From positions 15,520,875-15,555,838 of the forward strand of contig NC_068995.1 in NCBI RefSeq assembly GCF_001194135.2: a stretch of DNA of 34,964 nucleotides, read 5' to 3'. Each line of letters begins with the position of its first letter. The stretch's first letter is position 1. The position numbers and the translations under genes were made by a program. Under the pieces are notes generated by a model that was given only the letters and a program-made list of their open reading frames with translations, was not told the origin of the DNA and did no database searches. Positions 11,097 to 22,577 of the stretch are shown in pieces. Source of the stretch: Octopus bimaculoides (lineage: Eukaryota).

Positions 11097-11517
11097 ATGT
11101 TTTCGTTTGGGAAACGATTTTCTTTACACTTTCAACTATCAAATATGAACTTTTCTTTAGGTTAATTTCCACCTCTATATCAACTAAATATGTTATTAAC
11201 TTCAGCTGTCTCACAGAAATCTTAGGTTTGATGTTAAGAGCGTCGACAAAATAATTATAGGTTTCAGTGACGTTTCATGTAGATCCAAACGTATAATCAT
11301 AGGATATATTTAAATGAAATGAAAGTAGATTTTGTGTTAAAATAAATTGAAGACTGTTTCCTTAGAATATATCTTTCGGAAAATTATGGCATCAGAGACA
11401 ATCGTTGCGCTTTGAGTTACAAGAGTGAGGTGGGTGACAAGGCTTTGGTGATCTTTTCGATGACAGCGACCAAGAGAGATTCTTACGTTTCTTTTTGTAA
11501 TCATGATATACTGTCAA

Positions 11518-11635
11518 AGTGAGGGGATGTGGCCTTGTGGTTAGTGTTCATCTGATGATCATAGGTTCGGGTGTTCAATCCCTTCATCGCCCGGCACTTA
11601 GGTACTTTATTTCGTGCTATTCCAGCCCACTACTC
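11518..11635 (+). mobile_element. SINE family E remnant
   Basis: atgtggccttgtggttagtg..tgatcataggttcggg..actttatttcgtgctattccagcccact aligns with 18400-18545. Confidence 0.65.
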
Positions 11636-12312
11636 GATTATAATGATTACCTGATTACCAGCTGGATGCTGGTACAGTCTACTCTGTCTCCAGCATGTAA
11701 TAAGCTGGATATTCCGCTGGATCAAAAGTAAGGGGACCGAGAAGGTGTTTATGACCGCTTGCGACAACATAGACATCTAAAACTATGAACGAATGCATGG
11801 TACCTGTTCCTAAGCTATACCTTCTCGCAACTGAAGACTGGCTCTTCTCTACTATATTATTACAGGAATGACTGGGAAAAACACCTAGGGTTTCTTGGAG
11901 TATAAATCATTAACATTAAAGTGGTGCTAACATAATATAGTGAGCTAAGAAATCATAATTAATTCAAAGTAACCCTTGATTACAACTGGTCAATCAGTCT
12001 TTTGAACTATCACACCACAATTTTTTTATTCATGAAAATAGTATATCATGTGAATTCATTCTAATATCTTACTGTCATAGAAAGGCTGGTTGATGGCATC
12101 CAATTAGAATAAGACCACATTACTAAATATGAGACTCATGTACATGCAAATTTTAGGGTTGTCTCCCTTGATATTCTAGATCAGAGTTAATGATTAAGAG
12201 GATAATCGTAATTTTTTTCATCACTCAGGGTGTAATTTAAATTAGCAAAATTCCCTGGCTCCCTGCATCAAGTATATTAACGTTCTTTGCTATTGATATT
12301 TCATGCAACAAT

Positions 12313-12535
12313 AAAGCGGCGAGCTAGCAGAATCGTTAACTCGTCAAGCAAAATGCATAGAGGCATTTCGTCCGTCTTTACGTTCCGAGTTCAATTCACG
12401 CTGGAGTCGATCTTGCCTTTCACTCTTTCTAGTTCGATAAAATAAGTACAAGTTGAGCACTGGGGTCGATGTAATCGATTTAGCTCCTTCCCCCGGAGCT
12501 GCCTGCGATGTGCCATAATTTGGAACCAATATTTT
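12313..12535 (+). mobile_element. SINE family A (A1), full length
   Basis: aaagcggcgagctagcagaatcgttaac..gagttcaattc..gataaaataagtac..ctggggtcgatgtaatcga..gtgccataatttggaacc. Confidence 0.9.
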
Positions 12536-12920
12536 ACGCAACAGTCGATCCAAAGTATTTAAAGTTACTACACGACACAGTTATTCTAACATCCGCAATC
12601 ATGGTTGTACTGTGATTTTATAATGAGGTGTAATAAAATAGAAACGTGCCTGCAATTATCTCAGCACTGCTAAACGTCAGACAAGCTCTTCACCGCATTC
12701 TATAATTAATTAATCTAAATTAATTAAAACTCTAAGGTTGTCTCTGTATCCTTTCTTGACCAAAATTAATCATCACGATAATAAAGTTTTCTTCTCACTA
12801 AGGACCAGGAATTTTTAATCATCTTAAATTACATTTTAATTAATTAAAAATTCCTTGGTTACAACATCATCAATGTTAGCGCCCACTTTGCATTCTGCTA
12901 CAACGTTGCTACGGTAACAT

Positions 12921-13310
12921 TCATTCATTCATTCTTCTTCTTTTTCTGTCGTCGTCGTCGTCGCCGTCGTCCTCCTCTTCCTCCTCCTCTTCCTCCTCCT
13001 CTTCCTCCTCCTCTTCCTCCTCCTCTTCCTCCTCCTCTTCCTCCTCCTCCTCTTNNNNNNNNNNNNNNNNNNNNNNNNNNNNNNNNNNNNNNNNNNNNNN
13101 NNNNNNNNNNNNNNNNNNNNNNNNNNNNNNNNNNNNNNNNNNNNNNNNNNNNNNNNNNNNNNNNNNNNNNNNTCTTCTTCTTCTTCTTCTTCTTCTTCTT
13201 CTTCTTCTTCTTCTTCTTCTTCTCCCTCCTCCTCTTCTCCTCCCCCCTTTTCCTCTTCCCCCACCCTTGTTCCTCCTTATTCTCTTCCTCCTTTTTCTCA
13301 TCGTCATTAT
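12921..13310 (+). repeat. Compound TCG/TCC/TCT trinucleotide polypyrimidine tract containing gap 13055-13172
   Basis: Direct reading. Confidence 0.97.
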
Positions 13311-13910
13311 TATCTTTCTCTTTTTACTTCAGACAGCACACCTTTATTAATTAAAAGTCATTAGAACTGCACCCCACAAACCCATTCTTTTCTATCCACC
13401 CACCTGCTCATCTGTCATTGTCTGGTTTGAATTGTAATGATCTTGAAGGAATTGGCTTACAACATCTTGTAAACAGCTTATCAATTAAATTTAAGCAAGC
13501 AATAAAAGCCTGTAGTTTCTTACCAAGTCAATACTTTTTATTCTTGGCTACAAGGCTTGTTCGTGCTAAGGCATTCATTTTCCTAATTTTATTTTGTATT
13601 TTAAACAGCCCTACAGGGAGTTTTACTGCATGAATTTAATAAATAATCTCAGTCTTTCAGCTCACTATTTTACATGCCGCATGCATGTATTTAGAATGTT
13701 GTACACTTCCTCTTTGTTATATTGTTGATATGCATAATCAACATCATTTTGCACACACACACACACACACACATGCACACTTACACAGATGCGCTCTTTC
13801 TTTTTCATGCATACGTATGCACCCGCACACATATATATTCATGGTGATCGTCATTACAGTCTTCTAGCCTCTGTCTGTCTGTTGATTGATCTTTCTTTAT
13901 ATCACATAAG

Positions 13911-14075
13911 AAGGTGACGATCTGGCAGAATCATTGACGCGCCGGACGCCATGCTTAGCGGCATTTCATACACCTTCGCGTTCTGAGTTCAGTTCCGCTA
14001 TGGTCGACTTTGCCTTTCATTCGACTTATTCACTACTCCGAAATTGCTGGCGTTGTGCCAAAATTTGAACCCACA
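13911..14075 (+). mobile_element. SINE family A (A1) lacking the central module
   Basis: Head and B box present; ctttcat joined directly to tcgactta; tail gtgccaaaatttgaacc. Confidence 0.85.
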
Positions 14076-14334
14076 TTACGTATGTAACAGTTTGAAACTC
14101 AGAGATGCTTCTATTGACGTAGTAAAGGCTCTTGATAGCCGATTCAAAGACATTTTCGGCATCCTTAAATCTCTGAAATGTTCTGTGTATGCTTCATTAT
14201 TTACTCACAGATCACAACATTAAGCATTGCCACCTTAAGTAGACCCAAGACAAAGTTATACAACATAAATAAAAATGTAAATGTCATCCCTTGACATTAC
14301 TGTTCCAAGTCCTATAACTCATAAGCTCAGTCGC

Positions 14335-14447
14335 ATGGTTTACAAGGCATACGAGGGATTGAAACCCTAACCCTAACCCCCATCTGGAACGGGATGCCAG
14401 TCCGTGAACTGGAGCAACGTAGAATGAAGTATTTTGTTCAAGAAGAA
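14335..14447 (-). mobile_element. SINE family E remnant
   Basis: ctggaacgggatgccagtccgtgaactggagcaacgtagaatgaagtattttgttcaaga. Confidence 0.65.
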
Positions 14448-14749
14448 CTACTAGTAAAATATAGCTTACGCGATGTACTTACATAAATTGTAAACCATTC
14501 AGATATTTATGTCTTCCGGTATTATTCAAATTCACTTAGAGAGAGAGAGAGTGGTGTTGCAAGTATGCAGACTATAAATTCTAGTGTTGAAACTAATGTT
14601 TTCACGTGAAGTCACTCATTTGTGACATACCTGGTTTAAGATATACATTGATAAAATATCACTTATGTTTACAAGTAGCAAACTGCATTTGTTCACAAAA
14701 CTGAACATAAACCTACCTCGACCAATTTGGTTTTCATGATTACCATATT

Positions 14750-16440
14750 CATGACCGTATCCGAATTTTTCGCTGCATATGTATTAATTATGCAATCAAA
14801 ATTAGGGATATTAAGTACGTGTTTATTTTCCAATATTTTGTTGCCAATGCACTAAGTCGTTCTTGAGTAATTGTCATTAAGATTGTAAAGTGTATCAGAA
14901 TTAATTGCAGCTTAGTGAAGGATCCTTCATAACGATGAAAAGAACCATCAACTGTTAATTAAATCCGCACAGCGATTCTTAAATTTTAAAAATAACATAT
15001 TCATCATATGAAGTCGAATTTGTTACTAAATTAGCTGCAAACTTTATATCGGGAAAATCGGTCTTATGTCCTTATTATTCTACAGTATATGGGCAACATT
15101 CTACAGTTTTTAATTTCCATGTGCAATATCATTAGGATAGATCATTTCTAAATCAGATAATTCCTATAACAATCTGTCTTCGAAATTTCCAGACGCTATA
15201 TTTTGTCCATCTAGTAAAAATTGAAATTATGAATCTGACTCTTATACGCGGGAAAACCTTTCCCTTATTTCTGTGATAATGGCAGCACTAACTTCCTTTA
15301 TTATGAACGAATTTCTCGACAGCCTAACATCAGCTGGCTTTTACCTGTGAATTCTTTTACAATGTATTTTCGTTAATTTCAATGTTTGTTCCGCGTTTCA
15401 CATTTCTCCTGTTTAAGTGGTTCTTGACTGAAAATTTCCTGTGATTCTATCAACTTATCTTACAAAGATCTAAGATCAGCAGCTGCACCTCTAAAATTCA
15501 TTCTTGGTCTCTTACAGATGATTTTGCACACGATTAAAAGACGATAAAAACATTATGCGTGTCATATTTACTTCCAGCTGTGTTGCCATTCTCACTTAAT
15601 TGCTAAAATAATCTTAGAAATTTACCTAAGATTTTATTGCCACTTTCCTTGCACTCCATTGTTGTCTTGATTCACGCTTGACAAAAATCTGAAGCTTCTA
15701 ATGTAGTTCTTTAAGATGTTGAATGAACAAAACGATGATAAATGGCTTCAAATATGCCAAAAGAAGTAACAACTGTTGTTTCCTCGCTTACAGCATGAAG
15801 ACATATTACGGTCAAACAATGACTGACACAGATTATGAACATTCCTTCCGGATTTTTGTCGAGAGTTCTTTGTTGAACACCCGGCAAAACAGTAGCTTGA
15901 TCATATGCTATGAACACTAACCATTCAAAACTTCATCCGATATTAATTTTATGTTTATTGTTTTTCTCAATATTATGAGTATATATTTTTCTTTATCTCT
16001 CCGTATAAATTATCTCTCTTTATAAATCTGTAAATATCTGTTGACAAATAATTCTTTGACTTCTACTCTTCTCATCTCAAAGTTAATGCCAACAAACCGA
16101 ATCACTTGGGCCAATTTCTCACGATGGGTTAAATCTAGTACTGTACTAACCAAAATACGATATTATTTGTTTCTACAAATTGCTAACATACAATAATTTC
16201 GCTCATGTAAAGACAGGAAATTTATAAACTCATTTTGAATTTCAGAGGAAAGATAAGATGTTAATGTTTGCTTGTTTTTAGTACACTCTAAATTCCCTAT
16301 CATTACTGGACCATTTTCTAAAACTAAAAACTTGACAAAAAAATTTCAGAGCTTTCTTTCGAGTTTAAATTCTCAGTATGGTAACGAAATGCAAGATTCT
16401 AAGGAATGAAGCATTGTATACAATCCAGCAACCGTTGCCA
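14750..16440 (-). mobile_element. Degenerate hAT-superfamily transposase (Tip100/Zaphod, ZMYM1-like group); possibly continues to ~16850 beyond the SINE
   Basis: Minus-strand motifs in correct order: LAFRYHTE (~16370-16395), YLSSEIQNEF (~16226-16255), QVIRFV (~16090-16110), AYD..GVQQRTLDKNP..ICVSHCL (CxxH; ORF 15711-15917), WSAR (15647-15658), GSFTKLQ..TQERLSALA (14848-14925), DCIINTYAAK (~14765-14795). Many stops and frameshifts. Confidence 0.85.
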
Positions 16441-16467
16441 TACACTTCTCTATTACATATTCTAGGT

Positions 16468-16700
16468 AAGGCGGTGAGCTGGCAGATTCGTTAGCGCGTA
16501 GGAAAAAGGCTTATTGTTATTTCTTCCGGCTTTTGATGTTCTGAGATCAAATCAAATCCTGCCAAGGTCAAATTTGCCTTTCACCTTCTCAGGGTCGATG
16601 AAATAAAATACCAGTCAAGTGCTGTGATCGATATAATCGACTTTCCCCTTCCTCTTGACAAAACTTCTGTTGGTCTTTCGAAAAAATTTGAAACCATTAT
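16468..16700 (+). mobile_element. SINE family A (A1) inserted into the hAT remnant
   Basis: aaggcggtgagctggcagattcgttagc..tttgcctttcaccttctcagggtcgatgaaataaaataccag..aaaatttgaaacc. Confidence 0.88.
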
Positions 16701-17337
16701 TAATTCTTGATGAATTTATCTGTGCAACCATTCATTTTCCCTACTGAATTTATTTTTGCGTTTGTAAGGCTGAATTCAACTTCAGCGCCCAGTTTCTTTC
16801 AAAGTACAAATCACTCACAACTCTCACTATTTTCATGGTCATATACAAACATACATACATNNNNNNNNNNNNNNNNNNNNNNNNNNNNNNNNNNNNNNNN
16901 NNNNNNNNNNNNNNNNNNNNNNNNNNNNNNNNNNNNNNNNNNNNNNNNNNNNNNNNNNNNNNNNNNNNNNNNNNNNNNNNNNNNNNNNNNNNNNNNNNNN
17001 NNNNNNNNNNNNNNNNNNNNNNNNNNNNNNNNNNNNNNNNNNNNNNNNNNNNNNNNNNNNNNNNNNNNNNNNNNNNNNNNNNNNNNNNNNNNNNNNNNNN
17101 NNNNNNNNNNNNNNNNNNNNNNNNNNNNNNNNNNNNNNNNNNNNNNNNNNNNNNNNNNNNNNNNNNNNNNNNNNNNNNNNNNNNNNNNNNNNNNNNNNNN
17201 NNNNNNNNNNNNNNNNNNNNNNNNNNNNNNNNNNNNNNNNNNNNNNNNNNNNNNNNNNNNNNNNNNNNNNNNNNNNNNNNNNNNNNNNNNNNNNNNNNNN
17301 NNNNNNNNNNNNNNNNNNNNNNNNNNNNNNNNNNNNN

Positions 17338-17376
<39 letters not shown>

Positions 17377-18337
17377 TTAGATATTGTACCTGTTATCAAC
17401 GTAGCAAAATTCTCATATGAAAGATTGTTTATCATACAATTTTATGTGCATATCAATTTAAACAAGAGCTATAACGCGATCCATCGTAAAAACTTGTTTA
17501 ATGACCTATTTACATTTTGATGCGATATCGCGACTCACTCTTGTCTGTGATAAAAAATGGGATCTTGTATCCCTTCAGCGTCAAGTTTGATTAATTCATA
17601 GCAGACAGCAAACACCAGACATCATTAATACTTGTCCTTAAATTACATGTGTATAAACAGGTTGTAATGACATGAAACATATTGACACTGCATACAATAT
17701 CGGTTAAGAAAACCGTTATGTAGTAAAGTAAGTAAGTAACCTTCCAATTCTTTTCACATAGAGGATCCACTCTGAGTTTTGAAAGACTGCTTGTTACTGA
17801 TATTTGGGCAGCAATAAGTGTTTTTCGAAATGTACTTGTCGGCCATTTTGTTTATAGGAAATGAAGTCACAAGCAAGAACAACATACGTCATTGTTTTCT
17901 GCACTGCGACTAAACAATGTGCATTTTCTTGTTTGTTTTTTTACTGTAATCAGAGGATGTTCTTGACAGTTGGCTTCTCTAATTCTTACAGCCTGGCTAA
18001 TTTGTAATGCGATCCTAAACAAATATATTCATGCATATCCAATCTACTTAAAATAGGTCAAATTTATGAACCAAAACTCTTTGTATCTTAAAAATATATA
18101 TGAAATTGAACACTTACATATAAAATTATAGTAAATAATAATAGTAACAGTTTTTAACCATCTTTTTTTACAGTACTCATTCAACTGCATTTACAGTGTA
18201 ATTATAAAAGTACGTTCTATAGACATTAAACAATATACGCTAAAAGCATAGAAGATACATTCGAATAACGTAACAGTGCCGTATTATTTACTTATTTATT
18301 GCTGAGTAGTGCTCTATATCCTAGAGAATGGGAGGCA

Positions 18338-18384
18338 TAATTAATTAATTAATTAATTAATTAATTAATTAATTAATTAATTAA
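18338..18384. repeat. (TTAA)n self-complementary microsatellite
   Basis: Direct reading. Confidence 0.97.
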
Positions 18385-18399
18385 TATTATTATATGCCA

Positions 18400-18545
18400 T
18401 AGTGAAAGCGTGTGGCCTTAGAGAGCTGAACTCACGATCGTAAAATCATGGTTTGGATTCTAGAACAGGGTAGTGCTTTCTAATCTTGAGTAAGACTCTT
18501 CATTTCCTGTTATTCCAGTCCACTCGGCTGCAAGTGAGATCCAGA
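18400..18545 (+). mobile_element. tRNA-derived SINE family E (CORE/V-like centre), diverged
   Basis: gcgtgtggcctt..ctcacgatcgtaaaatcatggtttggattc..cttgagtaagactcttcatttcctgttattccagtccactcggctg. Confidence 0.75.
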
Positions 18546-18922
18546 AATTGCTGGGAAGTTAACCCTGAGTCCAGGAAGTAGTGTTGTAAATCTCAGTCAT
18601 TTATATACCATGGAAATCAGGTTAATCTCTAACCTTGTGAGATCTAGGGATCATGACAGACTTAAGTAATTATAAGCCAAAGCTAATTTTGCGCTTCTCA
18701 GTACCTGAGCCTGCGATGACATAACCCTTGACCCCATCATGGTACGTCTCTGGTCCATACAGTAGTTGGATTTAGTATGTAGGACGCAACTCCAGAAGCA
18801 TTTTCCCCCTACAATATTGCGCTGGTGTTAATAATCAGGGTTGTTGAGCACTTTTGGTGAAAAATACCTCGCTATAACTAATTATGATGCACACTGTAGA
18901 GTACATATATGTTTTGTTATCT

Positions 18923-19092
18923 TTGTGTGTATGTATATATTCATTTATGTGTGCATGTATGTATGTATGTATGTATGTATGTGTGTATGTATGTATGTAT
19001 ATCTATATCAATATATATATAGAGAGAAAGAGAGAGACACACACTCACACACACACACTCACACACACATACATATATATTTATATATATGT
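18923..19092 (+). repeat. Compound TATG/TA/GA/CA repeat
   Basis: Direct reading. Confidence 0.93.
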
Positions 19093-21216
19093 GCATTCGT
19101 GTGGGTAGGTGTGGTTATATAGAAATAATACAAACAGTTGCACGCACTTACGCACACCCACATTCGTGTACATATTTATTCATGTTATATGTCAGCCTAC
19201 AATAGCTGACAACCACAAATGTACATGGATAAGTATGAATTACACTCATGGTTAATGACTCTTACTTACATACACTGTTACAAGCAAAGGGAAGTTGATT
19301 TAAAATAAATTGATTTAAAAGTTTACCATTAAACCTAACCTTGAAGCTTCACCGTTCCAAATTTAGAAGGTTACTGAAGTATTTTAAAAACAATATTCAA
19401 TTTAACTTTTTAAATCTTCTTAAATATTTTAGTATTTGGCATTCGGCAATTCGGTAATTCGTTATTATTGAAAATTAAGTTAAAAATATCATTTCTGCAA
19501 ACTTAGATTGAAAAGTTCTTGAAAGCTTGCAATAAATCATTCCTTCAAGCAAAATTAATTTTCTCTGTTTCTTTCTCCAAGTCATTTCAATATTTAATGT
19601 TTGTAAGCAGCTAAGCAAATTTGCCTAATCATTTTGTCAATGTTAATTTATAATATATAATGTATAATATATTAGTGGTAGTTATTTATTGTACATATTT
19701 CATCTAAAGCCATTGGTGGTGGCAGAAACTGTAAACATGTATACGTACGAATAATGAAACACAATAAACAGACTTATCAAATTTAATGAAGAAAGCGAAG
19801 CGACAAGAATAAAAATAAACTTTAAGTATTCGAGGAGCTTTTTCTTTTCCTTATTTCTCATATCGTACATTTTATGAGCAAAATAGCAACGCGTTGGTTG
19901 TCGATTTCCAACGATCATATCACTCATTAACTGCAATTTCCATTGCAAAGATTACAAACACAGTTTCAGTCTTATCCATCAGACAAAACTTTGCAACTCA
20001 GGAGATCATGTTTAAAACTATCGATTGAAATCGGCCATGAGAAAACCTAATACTGCAAGAATAGGCTGGGAGAAAATTCTCCATTTAGACGTATGCAAAC
20101 ACACATTTTATTTTGGGCCGTGAGTAATACCCTTGCAGTGGTAGATCGTATCAGGCAGATTACAATTGATTGTGTTAAACAATGATTTTGCACGATAATG
20201 TTTTATTTAAAGCTGCTTCATGCAACAATAATACACTAAGCCATTCGAACATCATCCAGCAATTTGTCTACTGTTTTCATAAGTGTAATTTAATACCTAC
20301 TGAGCTGTGAGTGATCGAGTTAGTTTTAGTAGTTNNNNNNNNNNNNNNNNNNNNNNNNNNNNNNNNNNNNNNNNNNNNNNNNNNNNNNNNNNNNNNNNNN
20401 NNNNNNNNNNNNNNNNNNNNNNNNNNNNNNNNNNTATATATATACATGTGGATATACATGTGGATGATAAAACCAATATAAATGCATTGATTCATGCATA
20501 CATGCACACGACAATTTGCAAGAACATAAATTAGGAAAGACAGAGGGGGAGGGGGAGAGGGAGTGAAGAGAAAGAGGGAAAGAGCCGAGAAATGAGTGCT
20601 TCTGACTAAAATCTACCTCAAATCTCTCTGCAGCGTTTAAACTTGTTGAACGCATTGGGCAATGTTATTCCTGATGACCCAACTATGAAGACTAAGATAG
20701 TCACGACTGTATCGCGTTATATTATATATCTTCACGATTAAACTTAAATCCAGTTTTAAAATAAGTACTATGAGATTCTTTACGCAGGTTCCAGCTATTA
20801 TGCAGTCTCTTGAACTGTTAGGAATGATTACCAAAACTCTCACATGTCACAAGCATTACAGTTTTGAGAAAAAAAACATAAAGAAGGCGAGAACACAGTG
20901 AGGATAGTCATACCAGGAATGCCAGGAATTCCAAGAATTCCAGGAATGCCTATTATCATAAATCTGTTCGATCATGTCTAACCGAGTTGTGTTTGTGTAT
21001 TTTAAGCAGCAACAAAAACTAATGCATATTATACATATCCCATCTTAAAATAGTTTGTTTTCCGATCGGACATACTTCCCGTTAAACTGCACATATGTGA
21101 GTGGATGGCTGCCAACAGGGAAAGGAAAACGAACGTAACACATTGAGGCAATGGAAATGGATTAAAATTCATGTAGGAGGGAAACAAGTAGAAAGAAGGG
21201 TAAACAGAGTGTGAGT

Positions 21217-22205
21217 GATTTTGATGTTTGCATTTAACGAACTCAAAAACTTCTTCAGAAGATGATTTGATGCTGTCACAAAGATCATTGCTTTTTCCGT
21301 TTACATTATCAAGTTCTGAATTTAGATATGCTTCAAAATTTTATGTTGTTTCAGGATGTTTTTGAAGATGACGTATTTATTATCGGAGGTATATTGGATC
21401 TCAATGGCCTTTTAGTATAATGTTTAACAAATACCTAATTGCGAACCGTTCTGTGATCCGAGTAATACTTCGAAGTTTTGTGACATTTGGTTAATCTGAC
21501 ATCACTGCAACCTTTGATCATAGTTATGACATAGTCAAACATGTTTCATTTACCAGAGAGTGGATGCTTCCAGGTGTTTTTACACTTATCTGCCTGCTGA
21601 AATATTGTGTTTGTTTGTAAATATTAAACAAAATTGTTGACAAAAAGACAACAGTTGTAAACCACTTACATTCATCTTTCCTGTCCCATGTTTTCCTATC
21701 ACTTTTGGCTACGTTGTGTGTTTGTTACCCATTCTGGCATTACAATCGCCCATCAATATAATTTTATCATGATATATAATTTTACTGATAACTGTTTGTA
21801 ATTTGGAGTAGAAAATGTTATGTTCTTGTTCAGAAGCTGACAAAGCAGGTGGATATGCATTGATAATGTGCACAAATGAGGAATTACCTATGGGTATACG
21901 AAAGTTCATAAGATGCTCATCAACAGCTTGAGGGATGGATGGCAACTTACGAAATAAAGTCGATTTAATGGCAAATCCGACATCATGAATTCTTGGCACA
22001 TCTGGTGGTTTTCCGCTCCAAAAACTGGATACTCACTGCCAACTTCTTATCCACCTGTATCTGCAACCCAGCTTTTACTTAGAGAGCAGCAACATCAACG
22101 TAATATGAGTCGATTACGTTAGCAATTAGAACTGGTTTTCGTTCGAGACTGCTTGCTGTCTTGTAAAGTTCTTACATTCCAGCAACCAAAGATTAATATG
22201 TTTCT
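21217..22205 (-). mobile_element. RTE-clade LINE, 5' fragment: APE endonuclease domain plus linker, no reverse transcriptase
   Basis: Minus strand: LIFGCWNVRTLQD; FWSGKPPDVPRIHDVGFAIKS; IINAYPP; IILMGDCNARMG; GKHGTGKMNVSGLQLLSF; NTIFQQ..TWKHP; FDYVI; SDHRTV; DSIKSSSEEVFEFVKCKHQ. These are the canonical APE motifs, with frameshifts. Confidence 0.92.
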
Positions 22206-22270
22206 TTTAACAATAACAATAACAGCAGTAGCAACAACACTAACAACAACAACAATGATCGTTTTCACTA

Positions 22271-22472
22271 AAGGCACAAGGTCTGAAATTTTGGCGGGAG
22301 GAGACAAGTCGATTACATCGACGCCAGTGCTCATCTGGTACTGATTTTATCGACCCCGAAAGCATGAAAGGCAAAGTCGACCTCGACAGAATTTGAATTC
22401 AGAACTTAAAGACGGACGAAACGCGGCTAAGAATTTTGCCCGATGTGCTAACGATTCTCCTTGCATGCCGAC

Positions 22473-22473
<1 letters not shown>
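22271..22473 (-). mobile_element. SINE family A (A2)
   Basis: Plus text: aggcacaaggtctgaaattttgg..gtcgattacatcgac..ttttatcgaccccgaaagcatgaaaggcaaagtcgacc..gtgctaacgattct. Confidence 0.9.
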
Positions 22474-22530
<57 letters not shown>

Positions 22531-22538
22531 TAATAATA

Positions 22539-22576
<38 letters not shown>
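22474..22576 (+). repeat. (AAT)n-(GAT)n compound microsatellite at the R4 5' junction
   Basis: Direct reading. Confidence 0.98.

Positions 22577-22577
<1 letters not shown>

Noticed and set aside
14090-14215. Frame LRDASIDVVKALDSRFKDIFGILKSLKC, faintly like a hAT 'L..RF' segment
   Set aside because: A single short motif on the strand opposite the main hAT remnant; insufficient support.
17760-17860. Minus-strand aacaaaATGGCCGAC start context (MADKYISK..)
   Set aside because: The ORF is only 30 codons, with no convincing donor or homology.
21356-21420. Acceptor-like tttcag followed by DVFEDDVFIIGG
   Set aside because: Lies on the antisense strand of the RTE remnant.
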